Program-made: the position numbers and the translations under genes | Assembly: GCA_002633005.1 (NCBI GenBank) | Contig: NMRA01000256.1 | Location: forward strand, 111,048-175,047 | DNA length: 64,000 bases | Reading direction: 5' to 3' | Source: Phoronis australis | Taxonomy: Eukaryota > Animalia > Phoronida | Notes under the pieces: generated by a model | Seen by the model: the letters and a program-made list of their open reading frames with translations, nothing else | What the model was told of the DNA's origin: nothing | The model's database searches: none | Shown here: positions 37,040 through 49,789 of the stretch, one piece after another | How the letters are laid out: every line of letters begins with the position of its first letter | Numbering within the stretch: position 1 is the first letter of the stretch

Positions 37040-38686
37040 CCCGGGTGAGAATTTGACACGTTTGACACGCTCTAAAAACGTGGAGTATTGGAACGCCCTA
37101 AAAGTGTGTCAAACGTGTAAAATGTAGCGTGTCAAACGTGTCAAGAATGTGTCAAAAATGTGAAAATTTTTGTTCCAATACTTCACGTTTGACACGCTTA
37201 GTCAAAACATGGCAAAAACGTGTCTTTTTGTTCCAATACTCCACATTTGACACGCTCAGCATGGCAAACGTGTAACTTAGAGCAAACATAGCACTTTTGA
37301 CACACTAACGTGTCGAACGTGGCGCTTTTGACACACTAGTGTGTCGAACGTGGCGCTTTTGCCACGCTAGCGTGTCGAACGTGGCGCTTTTGCCACGGTA
37401 GCCTGTAATCTGTGTTATTGCCATGGTAGCGACGCCACATTTAGCCTGAGGCCAAGTACAAGCCATATTGTTCTTGTTTATAGCAGCTCACCATCCACCA
37501 TGGAAATCCATAGTGAAAGCAAATGTGTAAAGGGATTTCTTCTTTAAGTCACTGTTCATTGTAAGATGTAAATAATCCAAAATGTGATAATGATATATAA
37601 TCTTTAAAAGGATAATTTAACTATCCAATTCTTACCACATACAGTTGTCACTAAATTTCATTACATCTAGAATAACATTAACACAGAAATAAGAAAATGG
37701 TTCAACATACAAGTTCGAAGTGCTTAAGCTGCTATATATATGTATAGTTACTTGAAGACTGTTTATGAAGTAAAGAACAGACGTACTTTGTAACATTTTT
37801 GAATTACCAAGAGTGATTCAACATTTGTCATAACATCGAGTTCATGTTGATTTTGCAGCCCAAACCTCTGCACACAATGTCTTATCTTCATTCAAGCTGA
37901 CACTAAATGTGAGTTGATCCTATAACAACAATTATGAATTGATGTACTACTGAAGATGAGAGGCGTTCCAACTTCATATATTACCTGCATATTCAACAGT
38001 TTCTACTGACTCTTGTTACCTGTTAAAAGAAAGACCATTTGCAAGAAACGTTTATCAAGCCACTGTCAACCAGAGTACATACATACCAAACTTCTGTTAG
38101 AGCTGCACCACACTTGAAAACCATACTTCATAAGTGCTCTCCTGACACAACTGCACTCTCTGACAGCTAAACCAACTCTAACTTAGTATTTGGATATTTG
38201 AAAAGGTAGTGAAATCTTTTGTTGCAAATTCTTTGATGTTATTAGGGGAACATGTTTAGTCATTCAAATTGGGTGATTACCTCCCAGTGGTCTTTTCAGA
38301 ACTGCCAAGTCTATTTAAATTGTATCTTTATTGAAGAGTACTATCATATTTTACACCTTTGACATGCTAGCGTGTAAAATTTTACATGTTTGACACGCTA
38401 GCATGTCACATTTTACACGTTTGATATGCTAGTGTGTCAAATTTTACACGTTTGACTCACTAATGTGACAAATTTTACACGTTTGACATGCTAGTGTGTC
38501 ACATTTTACACGTTTGATATGCTAGCGTGTCAAATTTTACCCGTTTGACACGCTAACTTGGCAAATTTTACCCGTTTGATACGCTAATGTGGCAGATTAT
38601 TACACGTTTGACACGCTAGCATGTAAAATTTTACACGTTTGACACGCTAACGTGTCATGTTTTTACATGTAAAATTCTCACTCGGG
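37040..38686. mobile_element. Non-autonomous CCC-ended DNA transposon with subterminal repeat arrays (CMC/EnSpm-like)
   Basis: TIR CCCGGGTGAGAATTT / AAATTCTCACTCGGG. ATTA on both flanks. Arrays of TTTGACACG/CGTGTCAAA at 37052-37400 and ~31-bp units at 38350-38660. Confidence 0.8.
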
Positions 38687-39406
38687 ATTATTGATGTTTG
38701 CGATGTTTGCATGCAAATTGCAACTTGCTTCAATACATTTACTTTTTCACATTTGTGCATTTTGAAACCATGAATTAAACTGCCAAGTAATAATCCATAA
38801 AGTTATTTTAAAAACACTTATTATTAACAATGTGAGGGAAAGCCGCAGCTTGCTTGCAGGTGTTTCAAAGCACGCCATGCAAAGATCAATCTATCATTAT
38901 TTCCCTGAATACACTCCTTTCGGAATTTGAAGGAACTACAGTACAAGACAAAAGTAATCAGACAAAATACCACTTCCCTATCATGACAGCTAATTCTGTT
39001 AATAGCACGGTAAACGTGATTAGTATTAACTACTAGGGTAGCAAAATTCTAATTACAGAACTGCTTAGCCACCTTACTAACCCCTTTATTCTAAGTCATG
39101 GAGACTACTCTGATAATGAATTTGAGTCTTGCCCAGCTGTCATGATGGAATTCTGGGTCATTTTGTCTGTATACTTTTGTATTGTTCTGTAAAGTAACTA
39201 ATTTTAGTACTCCTCTAAACCTTACTCAATGTCTAATTGTAGGAAGATTGCCTTGCCACGTATCGTACATATACATTATTTTGAGGTTCTTTAGTGTTTC
39301 CTGTTCTGGACAGCCTAACATTATTTTTCAATTCCACGTGGGTATCTGTCCAGTACTTGTGGTACATTTTCCTCACAGAGTTCATGATTGTCCTGTCATT
39401 TCAGAT

Positions 39407-39529
39407 ATGGCAGAGAGAAGACCTCGCTTTACGCGGCAAACTTCACGTAAGAGCTTGCAAGGGCGTACTCTCCTAAAGCAGGGTTATCTGAAGAAGATCC
39501 CACATTCCGGATTGGCAGCTGTCGTGAAA
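39407..39529 (+). CDS. PH plus tandem-PDZ adaptor, coding exon 1 (PH strand 1)
   Basis: tttcAG|atATG. Encodes MAERRPR...LLKQGYLKKIPHSGLAAVVK. GTGAG donor at 39530. Confidence 0.8.
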
Positions 39530-42500
39530 GTGAGACCAGTAGCCAAGATCTATTCTCTGTAGTCGAAATCAAACTCAATTTTGACACTTTCTGCGTTGGA
39601 GTAATTCAAACTCAAAATATTGTCTGTGATGTGTTATGATAATGAGTTTGTTGTCCAAGTTAACATTTGATGACCCCTGGGTTAGAACCAAAAGCTTGAG
39701 TAAAAACTTAATATTTGAGTTCAAACTCAAACTTTTAACCATGGTGATAGGGGTAATTAGGTGCAAACTAGGATTAGGCAGATATCCCCTTCAGCCATTA
39801 TGTACTGCTGCATAGACACTCATCTTGAGTTTGCATGTACAGATGAAGCTAATGCATGAATATGATTTCGAGCTCGATCTCGTGTGTAAAATTTAGATAC
39901 CAGCCCCAGAAACATTTTTGACTTTTGACTAAAATTTATTTCATGAATGCATAATTTGAATGGTACACAGTATCTTTGTGAATCTTGTTTTTAACTGTGT
40001 GGATTAGTTTTGAATTAATAGGATTTGAAACTAAATTTTACCAATTTTCACTGTAATTCTGATTTTTTCAATAGATATGTCGAGATCATTTGCATTTGAA
40101 CAAATGGCTATTCTCAGAACGGTCAAGGACTTGTATTTTTTGGTTGATTTTTTGTACCCGCTTTTAAGATCATGATTTGCGTGGTTTGTATTACGTACAA
40201 AAATCGGTTTAACTTGTATTTTAACAGTCTAATATGCCAAACTCGGATCCAATTACTTTAAAATTTTCTATTGGGGAATTAGACTGTGTTTGCGTTTCTT
40301 CTGGAATAAACAAGGCAAATTAAACTTGTCGCAGTGCTGCTTTGAACCTGAAAGAATTTAATCCTATAGAAATACTGAAAATAATGGTCTTTTGTCAACA
40401 GGTATTATGTTAACTTGTTTTACAGCTTGTTGAATATGTTTTGTAAGACCAAAAAGCATGCTTATTTAGTTTTGGTCCATGCTGTTTTGAAAATTGATGT
40501 GCGATGCTGCATTTTACAGTTGCTCATTTTTTCAAAAAATATCCTGATATATGCTAAAAATCTAGCATTCGTTATCACTTTTACTAAAAATCACTTGATA
40601 TCACCTTATAAATGTATAGTCTGTGGCAAAGCCCTTTTTACAAAAAATCATCAGATATCAGTTTTTACATAGCTTTAAAATGATTTGGGTGCACACCAGA
40701 GCCTAACATGACATAAAATGCTCTTTTGACCCTACAGCATTTCACGCTACAGCAAATTGTCATCGATTTGAGTCAAAAATAACAGCCAAAGTTGGACCTT
40801 TTCCGTTGCTAGACACAGTTTCTCAAAACATTGCCTAGGGGTATTGATAGTAGATTAGGTAAACAGTAACTTATCTTACGAGAAATCTGATTATCAGATG
40901 TAGACATACTGTTGTTTATTGACATTTCATATTCTTAATCTAAAATCATCATCAGGGTGATGGCCAAGAGCTCATATTTATTCCAGTGCTGTAATTCCTG
41001 CAATTATTTTGCACTAAAATAGTTGCCAAAATTGTTTTTTCCATTTTTCTAAACCTGATTACTTCATTGCTCGTAATGGAAACTTATTAAAAGTTCCTTT
41101 ATGATGTCCTTCTACACAGTACAACCCATACCAGTAATAGACTGAAATTTCCTTCTTCTTCAATTTTGTAGAGAAATTTGGCAAAACAAGAGTTTTGCTT
41201 GTCGGCCATATTGCGTGCTAAATAAGTGATGTGTTATCGTACTTCAATCTGTTGTGCGAAACATGTCTACAATACCATGTCGTAGATTAGCAGGATTTTA
41301 CCATCAATTTCTGATGAGTTAACAATTTTATTAAGTTAAAGTTTAATCATCACTTTGTGGTTATATCTAGACTTTTTTTGCACCGTTTGTTTAGATTCGC
41401 TGAACTGGTATCCCCTAGTGTCAAATACAACTCTTCAGATGCATAATTTACCAACATGTTTCTTCGGGACTTTGGTGGTGAAATTTCTTTTTCTATGTGA
41501 ATGTATCAATTTCAGACATCACAATCTAGCTCATTCACTCATTCCAAGTTCCCTATCAACTCATGGCAAATTTAATGCAATTCATAACTGCTGGATTTGG
41601 GACATTGAAATAAATGGGAAGATCAGAAAAAAGGAACATGAGCACGTGAAAACTGTATTATTAATAAGTCAGGAATGGTCTTTTATACCCAATTTTTAAA
41701 TCCATGGGAGTGTTTTCTTTACAGTTGGAAAATACAGTTCTTCAATTATTTTGCATAGAAATAATAGCCAAAATCTTCATATCTTCATTGCTCAGAGGTC
41801 GATTGCTTCAAACAGTTATAAATAGATTAAATTTTTCGTAATCCTTATTTTGTGATGAAATTTGACAAAATAAAATTTCACTTGTCCACTATATTGTGTG
41901 CAAAATACGTGAGGAATTACACTGATAAAAAATAGAAGCATGCCATTGGTGGGGCAGTCATGCTTACATTTCAACCCTTAGTGTTGCTATATAATTGCAG
42001 TTTAAATTTATCGCCACACCAGGAAGTAACATATTTGTCTAATGCCATATTAAGTGGTTTAAATCAGCAATGCATGTGCTTGGATAGGTTATAAATATTT
42101 TGTAAGTGAAAATGTTCCAATAACCAAGTGATGACCACGGCATTATGGTGAAATGTCACCAATTCCACTCAACAGTAATTGCCAAAATTGGTCTTCTTTT
42201 ATTTTTGAAAAGTCTCTAAGATTGTTTTGAATGTCCAAAATTTCTCAGAAACAATTTCAGAAGGTGTCTGGCAGAGACCTTTAAAATTGTATAGCTTTTA
42301 TTTCTTGCTTCATATCTTTTATTAAAAAAATGAAAACATAAATCGGCCATATCGTGTCCTATATTGGTAAGATCTTACTATAAGTTCATTTACATGTTGT
42401 CACATGGTCAGATAAACATTTTGATATCTCTGCGGTCTCTCTTCTACATTATGGTGGTCAGGTGTCTCTGCATATTCAAAATCCATGTAATGCAATGCCA

Positions 42501-43944
42501 GACAATGTTGAGTGTTGCAGGCAATCACATATACTTAAGACCATACCCTCTCCAGTTGCCACAACCTCTGCCTTTGCCCCTTTGGTGTGGCACTGGTCTG
42601 ATGTAGTTTCCATGTAGAAATACCATAACTTGATGTAGATGGTTGACAATTAGGTAAAACTGTGTTCACCCAGACATTGTAGTGGCTGGTAGATTTCTGT
42701 CATTTCCTGTCGCTGGCCCCTTCACATGCACACGATTACCGTGTAAATACTCGGAAACTTGCTATTCTCCATTAGCGGTATTCTTACTTGCATGTGAATG
42801 CTCGGAATAGCGCGTTCTCCTGTGTAGCAAATTTAGCAGGTATATTAACGCTCACGACTGCATTATTTGATGCTCCGTGGCAAACATCAAATGAAACAAT
42901 TATGCTTATGGAAATCCTCTCTTCGCTCAAACGCATTGCAAGCAGACTACCCCAAAAAGTGAAATTCTGTCAAAATTTCTCATCAAAACTTTGTTCCATT
43001 GGACTGTCATGTGGCTCAACATGTGCGACAATATTGTAAAAATTGGAAAACTGGTAATTTAGCATTTTCATTTGTTTGAAATTGAAGAAATTTCATGTCA
43101 CATACTTGTTTTGGATATGAAATTGAAAAAGTTATTATTTGTCTGTTGTGGCTGTATTATGTAATATGCTAAATCGTACCCAGTGCTAAGTAAGTTCAAC
43201 ATTTCTGTGTTCAAACTGAGTAATGTTCAAAACTCAAATGGGGAATTAGACCACTGGACTGGACTGCACAGTGAGGACTGGACTGGACAGTGAGGTGACA
43301 ACATTTAGACAATGGCTAACATTGACCAGCTGCCAGTGAGATGGGACATAAAACAGCTTCTGGACTTTATCCTTTAGTAGTCCTTCCCATACCTAGTACG
43401 TCCTGTCCAAAGAGGCCTTTGCCATCAATATGCTATTTAAAAACCTGACTGGTTTGCTATTTTAGTGACTGAGTAAACATATATTATGTATTGTTACCAT
43501 GGTGACCTTTACTGAGTATGTGGAAAAGTGACTTGCTAGGCTGTTAATCACTTATCTGATCATTTCATTGAATTTGAACAATTGTGCTTCCCAGGTTAGG
43601 AATAAGCTAATGCAGGACCTAATCAATAAGTTTGTGCATTCTGCCAAATGTCTTCAAATTTTTGGCATTTAACTCACTATAATGTTTATATTTTCTAAAA
43701 GTAGAAAGCCTTAAGAGTTTGATTTTTCAGTTGACTTCATATCAGTCTGCCATTAATTGGGTCATGTGACTATGTCCGATATTTAAAACGATTTCAATCG
43801 TGACTTGCTTGGCATCAAAGTTTAAGATGAAATCTCAAAAATGACTATTAAATTTTTTAAAAATATTTAATTTGTTTTTATTTGTGACTGATAAAGCCTT
43901 TATTTTGTGGTACTTTCATGAGATACTAATTATTACCTCTCGGC

Positions 43945-44140
43945 GGCCTAGTTTTTCTCGAGAGTGTAGCTTTGGAGCCCATCTTGGGCTCTTCGTCGGG
44001 GCACTGCAGAGGGTCTGCCGGTCACGTGGTCACCTGTAGGCAGCGCCTGGTGGTCGTCTAACTCCACCTAGTGGCTGTTGCGTGAAACGAGCCATTGGTG
44101 TATGAGGGGTAACTCATATCCGCCATCTCTGTTTAACTTT
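43945..44140 (-). mobile_element. Penelope-like retroelement 3' fragment
   Basis: Minus-strand LNRDGGYELP (C-terminal motif of Penelope GIY-YIG endonucleases), then a stop, then a hammerhead-like motif. Confidence 0.65.
43955..44010 (-). ncRNA. Degenerate minimal hammerhead ribozyme (Penelope-type)
   Basis: Minus strand CCGACGAA-GAGCCC-AAGAT-GGGCTC-CAAAGC versus the canonical CUGANGA-stem II-GAAA. Two core substitutions. Confidence 0.5.
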
Positions 44141-44151
44141 GTTTTATTTTT

Positions 44152-45470
44152 ACTTGGCGGAATTCTTTGAATTCCGTCAAGTATGTTGATCTGACAGCAA
44201 GTTTTTTTTTTTGTTTGTTCGCACTCTACAGGTCGCAATTTTGGTCCGATTTTCACGAAATTTGCACACAACGTGTAGATCGGAAAGTCCTAGAAGCCTA
44301 TTGTTTTTGGTCATTATCGGCTACAAAATGGCGGACGTGGCGGCCATTTTGTATCCGATTTCACAGTCAAATGCTCGTAGAGGCCGCATTTTTCGACGTA
44401 TGTGGCTGAAAATCAGTACGAATTTACTAGAACGCACGTGCTACAACTGTGCAGAAAATCATTGACTTCTGGTTAAAGATGGCGGAAATATTGGACGTGG
44501 CGCATGCGCACCCCGAAATATGGCTAAAAACGTTTTCTCCTGTAGGGGGCGCATTTGCAAACCAATCACTTTCAAACTGGTCGCGTGTTTGTTCAGTTTA
44601 ATAAGCTTTTATAAAAAATTATTGAACCGGAAGTCACTTTCAAGATGGCGGCTGTGGCGCATGTTCACACAGTTTCAATTGCTCTGGTGTCGCATTTTTC
44701 ACGGGAAGAGTAAATGACGTGAATTTTTGCGTGTGGATTCCTTGAAGTATGGCCTTTCAAAAAGTCTGCGAGAGCGTATTTCTCAGACTTACCGTTTTCT
44801 AGTTATTTGACTTTGAATTTCAAAAAAAACAGCAAATTTTCAATTTTCTCGAAAAATTTTTGGATTTTTGCCAAACTACCACTTTAGATAGAATTTTGAA
44901 CGGGCTTTCAGAAGATATTTTCCATTTTGTGCTACGACGTCTACTTTTTGAATTTTTTCGAGATTTTCGGATACCGTTGTTCCCACGGTCACCTAAATGC
45001 ATGCACGCAGCTGGCTGGCTTTCAGTTCACTTTGTTTTGGTTATGCCTAGTTGACCCAGACTGACCCAGCCAGCACTGTTCTACTGTAGACTGGACCGTC
45101 ATGTTGCGCCATCTATTGTTCTTTATTGTAGTTGATTGTATGCTCTCTATTTGATTTCTTCGCTAGTCACATGATTCTTTATTGTAGTTCATTATATTCT
45201 ATCTGTTTGATTTCTTCGCTAGTCACATGAATGTTATGGTGTTATCCATAATTGTTGCCTTCATCGTCATGATCGTCGTCGTCCTCCCTATCGTCGTCTT
45301 TTTCTTCATTGTAGTTGATTGCATGCTCTCTATTTGATTCCTTCGCTAGTCACACGAATGTTATCGTGTTATTCATAATTGCCGCTTTGATCGTCATAAC
45401 TGTCGTCATCCTCCCCATCGTCGTCTTTTCGATTAATTCCGCCAAGTTTCGCTCCTCCGAGCGCTCTCGT
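44152..45470 (+). mobile_element. Helentron-associated interspersed element (HINE/DINE-1-like)
   Basis: 5' sub-TIR ACTTGGCGGAATT (44152-44164) with adjacent inverted copy (44170-44182). 3' sub-TIR AATTCCGCCAAGT (45435-45447). 3' hairpin CGCTC-CTCC-GAGCG (45450-45463). T-rich flanks, no TSD. Confidence 0.8.
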
Positions 45471-45706
45471 TTGTAATTTCAACCAATTCTCATAATAACA
45501 ATTATCATTTCGTTACAACATAATGGTGCCAGCTGTAAACACTCGTACCATGGTTACTTGTTCATGTGTTGTAGTTTGTGCCGATAGCCGTGTGTACAAA
45601 TAAAGATATAACCAAGAAATAACTGCCCTTAAGCATGGTTTTGCTTCAGATTAAACAGTGCTAACACGCAATACTGACTCTGTTTTATTTTTGTGTACTT
45701 GTTCAG

Positions 45707-45924
45707 AAGTCTCAGGAGAGATGGTTCGTGTTCGGTGTCAATGCTTTGGAACCCTTCTTGGAGTATTATGAAAATGAGGACAGCGTATTCACCACGGCCC
45801 CAATCAACACTATCTCTTTAGCTACTTGTCGCATGGTCTCCAACAACGTGCTGGATGTAAAAAATGCAAATATGTTCACAATAACCACGTCAGAACGACA
45901 GCTCAACCTGGTGGCCAAAGACAG
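45707..45924 (+). CDS. PH-PDZ adaptor exon 2 (PH core)
   Basis: Encodes KSQERWFVFG...FLEYYENE...PINTISLATC...FTITTSERQLNLVAKD. Phase-2 donor. Confidence 0.88.
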
Positions 45925-46647
45925 GTACGCCATTTTTTCAGCATTTCCAAAAAATATGCAGAATACGGCTGCTACAATACATACAATAGTTTTGAAGAAA
46001 AACTAGACAATTTTTCTTCCCATTGAAAATCAGAGGAATTTTGACACAAACATGTCCTGCTAAATTCCAAATGATTTTTTTCTCTTCTCGTTCTCGATTT
46101 TCTTCTTATCTATGATGAAACCAGACGAGTTTTGACAAAATTTGTGAACGTTTTGGAAAACTACTTTCACTGGCGTCATGGCTTAAATCTGCATTTCACC
46201 TTGTTTATCTGGTATGGAACAAAAATCGAAGATAAAGTCATCTTACTCTCATAAAATTGGTCTCATGATATTCGTGAACATGATAGGATTCCTATTGGTT
46301 ACGAGCTAAAGTCACTGGCAATGCATGTGTGCGACATTTTCGAATTTGCAGACTTAGTGTTGTCCAACCCCAACAAATGTTTTTCTTTGAATCTAACATG
46401 CAATATTCTTGGTGGCAAGGAAAATAAAATCCTATTATGGTTGGAATTTTTACCATTTTTATACTGGTTTTATGGAAGTAATGGAGCTAATTCAATTTCC
46501 ATTTTTAGCCAGATGAAGGAGACAAAATGCAACTTTAATTCCAGGCGTTTAACAAGAAGAATACATTCAAGTCAATTTTCTGACTGGAGATGATAATGTA
46601 AAGATTCCTTGATTTCACATTTTGAAGTATTTATTATCTTGAGATTA

Positions 46648-46896
46648 GGGGCCCGTTTCAACAATGCTGACTTAGCTAAGACAAATCTTAATTTTTTGTA
46701 AATTTCAAAATAAAAGTTAAATTTGTCTCAAAACCAATTCAGAAAGAGATCTTAAGTTTGACTTAAGTGTTTGACATAAGTTTTGTCTTAGTTTTGACTA
46801 ACTTACCGAATGTAGAAGTTTCAAAGTTTGGAAGTTGAGACAAATCTTAAACTTAAGTCAAAAATGAACTTAAGTCAGTTTCTTGGAACAGGCCCC
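46648..46896. mobile_element. Harbinger-like MITE
   Basis: GGGGCCCGTTTCAACAATGCTGACTTA...TAAGTCAGTTTCTTGGAACAGGCCCC, with internal CTTAAG repeats. Confidence 0.7.
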
Positions 46897-47283
46897 AGGT
46901 CCTTAATGCCTGGCCCTAATATTGAAACAAGAAGAGTGTTTTTCCATGAACAAATAATTATAACTATAAAGTTATTGTGAGTGCATTATACTGTTATGAA
47001 TTGGTGCCTTGATATAATGAGAGTATTAAAATGTATTCCTTTTGTTTCACGTATTGTTAAGTGGCCGCATCATATGTTCTATAATTGGTGTAAGTCTGAC
47101 AAAAAGTTACTATCCTCCTCAGCCTCAAGGAAGTGAACTGAAAAAATATTTAATACCAAAAATGTGGTAAAATAAACAAGCATGGAGAAATATCAGTGTC
47201 CTGAATAAATGATCATTTCTTCAACTTCACAAACAATTTTATTTTGGATGTTATTGGTGACTTAGTGTGGCCGACTGTTGTAG

Positions 47284-47347
47284 GGCAGACATGTTTCGCT
47301 GGTGTGATGTGATCAAGACAAAGCTTGGGGAGATTGGGATAATTCAG
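47284..47347 (+). CDS. PH-PDZ adaptor exon 3 (PH C-terminal helix)
   Basis: Not in the ORF track. tgtAG acceptor, RADMFRWCDVIKTKLGEIGIIQ with the conserved PH Trp, CAG|GTAAG donor. Phases fit. Confidence 0.82.
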
Positions 47348-48387
47348 GTAAGATGTCCACAGCCTACAGGTTTGTGTTCCATAGACACATGTGAAGTCTT
47401 AGTACGGGATGTTGTGTTTTCATGACAGTTTATCTTTTAAACTATGACAATTCACTTATTTTGCACAAAAATAATTGTCAAAATGGCCGTTTTACATTTT
47501 CAAAGGCTCATTGCCTTTTTGCAATTAATGATGAGAGTTTCAACAAATGCTGTTTCATGACGTCTACACACTTTGATCCACGCTTGTAATATGGTCATGT
47601 CGTGTTCATGTTGACGCGTCGATGGCTTGGGGAGTTGCGGTCAGTGTGAAGGGTTAATTTTGGTCCTGGATTGAAGTTAACTGCACCAGTTAACTTTGCA
47701 ATCAACAGGTGGATGCAACTGCGGAGCATCGGCGTTGCAGTGCGGTATGAACGGTCAACTTGGTTTCATCAAAGTTATCGCCGGGTGCCACTGCTATCGT
47801 CAACAATTAAAGGACAGTGACATCCCTAATAGTTGCTTATATTTTGAGGGGAATAATCACCAATCGATTCGGAATTGGAAATAGGTTTTGTATCAGTTAG
47901 CACTGTTTCAAATCTTCTCAAATTGTCACATTATAAAAATCTTAGCTCGCACAGGATGCATTAGCACTACCTTGTAATTGACTTTGATGATGTCAACATA
48001 ACCCACAATTTGCTTCGATGTCATCTACCAAAGCTGGTATGAATGATTCAATTCACTTCGCTGTTTACATGAACGCTCCACTCATACTGGAGTTCAGTTA
48101 GTTTGAAAGGGCCTTATAGACTAAAACAACAAAATAGAATTAGAAGTTCATTTGTTGGCCATATGTTGTGCTCTAAGTATCAACTATAAGTTAATTAGGA
48201 TGCTCCCCTCTCCGAGCACGTATCCATAGGTATAAATTACTGTAACAGTGCGTGATATTGCACTTAAATGAGAATTTATTAAGTAAATCTCTTATTTGTT
48301 TATGATGAAGTATTTCTCTACTGTTAAACAAAAGGGCAGGTGTCTGTCACCTATTCAAAAGGCCAGGTTTGTTTGTTGCTTTGTTAG

Positions 48388-48517
48388 GATCCTCACTCGC
48401 TACCCAATATATATGAGGACTTGCCAGTCCATCCAAGTCACGATAGAGCCCGGCGCCCTCTACCGCAGGCACCAGAAAGCAGTCAGATGAATTTGTCTTC
48501 TCCAGACGCTCATTCGG
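48388..48517 (+). CDS. PH-PDZ adaptor exon 4
   Basis: ttgttAG acceptor, DPHSLPNIYEDLPV...RRPLPQAP, G|GTGAGT donor. Supplies the phase 0 to 1 link needed for exon 5. Confidence 0.78.
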
Positions 48518-48723
48518 GTGAGTGCAATGATTTTCACCAGACCTCTTCTGATAATTCAATTTGGTGATCATATGTTTACGTCGTGTGATCTCATTAATGT
48601 AACGTGCGTAGGAATCTCTGTGTCAGCACCCTCTTTGCATCAGTTCAGCTGGCATTGATCTTGTGCTTTCTGTCAAAAACGCTTTGATTTATCATTACAA
48701 AAGCGGTCTTATCTTGTTCCTTA

Positions 48724-49153
48724 CCGGGATTTTCCGTAGATAAGTCCCTCCGCTTAGGGGCATTTCAATATTCTGAAAATTATGCCGAATAACGCCCATG
48801 GGCGTTTATTTGGTGTTATAACTTGTGGTGTCAAATGTCAAGATAGTGGGGTGCTTATTTCCTCTTAAAAGTCCAATCAGCGTCAACTTTTAGCCTCAAA
48901 TTCAGTTTTGTGAAGCATTTATCATGAACAAAGTGTTATTGAACTATTTATTTATTAACTTAAAATTAAAGCATAGTTTTATGCAAAAAAGACGCTGATA
49001 TTTTCTTATCAGCCGAGGCTATGATGTTCTCTTTACCCTCCCCCATTTCCGAATATACGACCCGGCATTTACTTGGTGTTATAGTGATTGAAATGCCTGA
49101 AAATTTTTATTTTCCGAATACACACCCCTGAACTTGCCTATGGAAAATCCCGG
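48724..49153. mobile_element. Tc1/mariner-pogo-type MITE
   Basis: TA|CCGGGATTTTCCGTAG...CTATGGAAAATCCCGG|TA. Confidence 0.78.
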
Positions 49154-49789
49154 TACCCAGCTGGTGATATCTGGAGTCGTTTCATGAAAAGTGACTTGGG
49201 ATGGTTGTACGTTCCCACTTCACAATTTCTGGAAAAAAAAGCTTCTCGTAGAAATAACTTCAACAAATTTGTCAGTAATTAGCAGTTAGGGTATCATTTC
49301 AGATACTTGACTCTTTTGCTCTTGTGAGATTTTATTAATTTTCAGAAATAGTTATGTGGAGTGTAAGAACAAATCTCTGTCATTCACTTTTCATGAAACC
49401 TTGGCCTCGAAAAGAACTGACATGTTATGTCTTCAGACCAAGCTCATAAAGTTTCTGGTCACACTGTGACTGCACTGTACAGATGTCATAAAATCTAAAA
49501 ATGATCATAATTAATTTGATAAGTCTCATGCATATTATTTCATGTCTGAAAGTTGCAGCAGTCTCTGTGAAAACATGATCACATGGCACCAAGTATTCTG
49601 CGCCAAGCATTATTTTTTGTGTATGCAAAATTGATATGAGGTGGCTCAAAGGTTAAAAGGTATTTGAAGAAATGTGATCCTGAGTAATATAGATACAATA
49701 ATTCACGCAAGTCTGTGCAACAAATTGCGTGTCTATTGACCCTGTTATGTTAACAATCCAACCATGAGACTCAGTTCTCCTGCTTTCAG

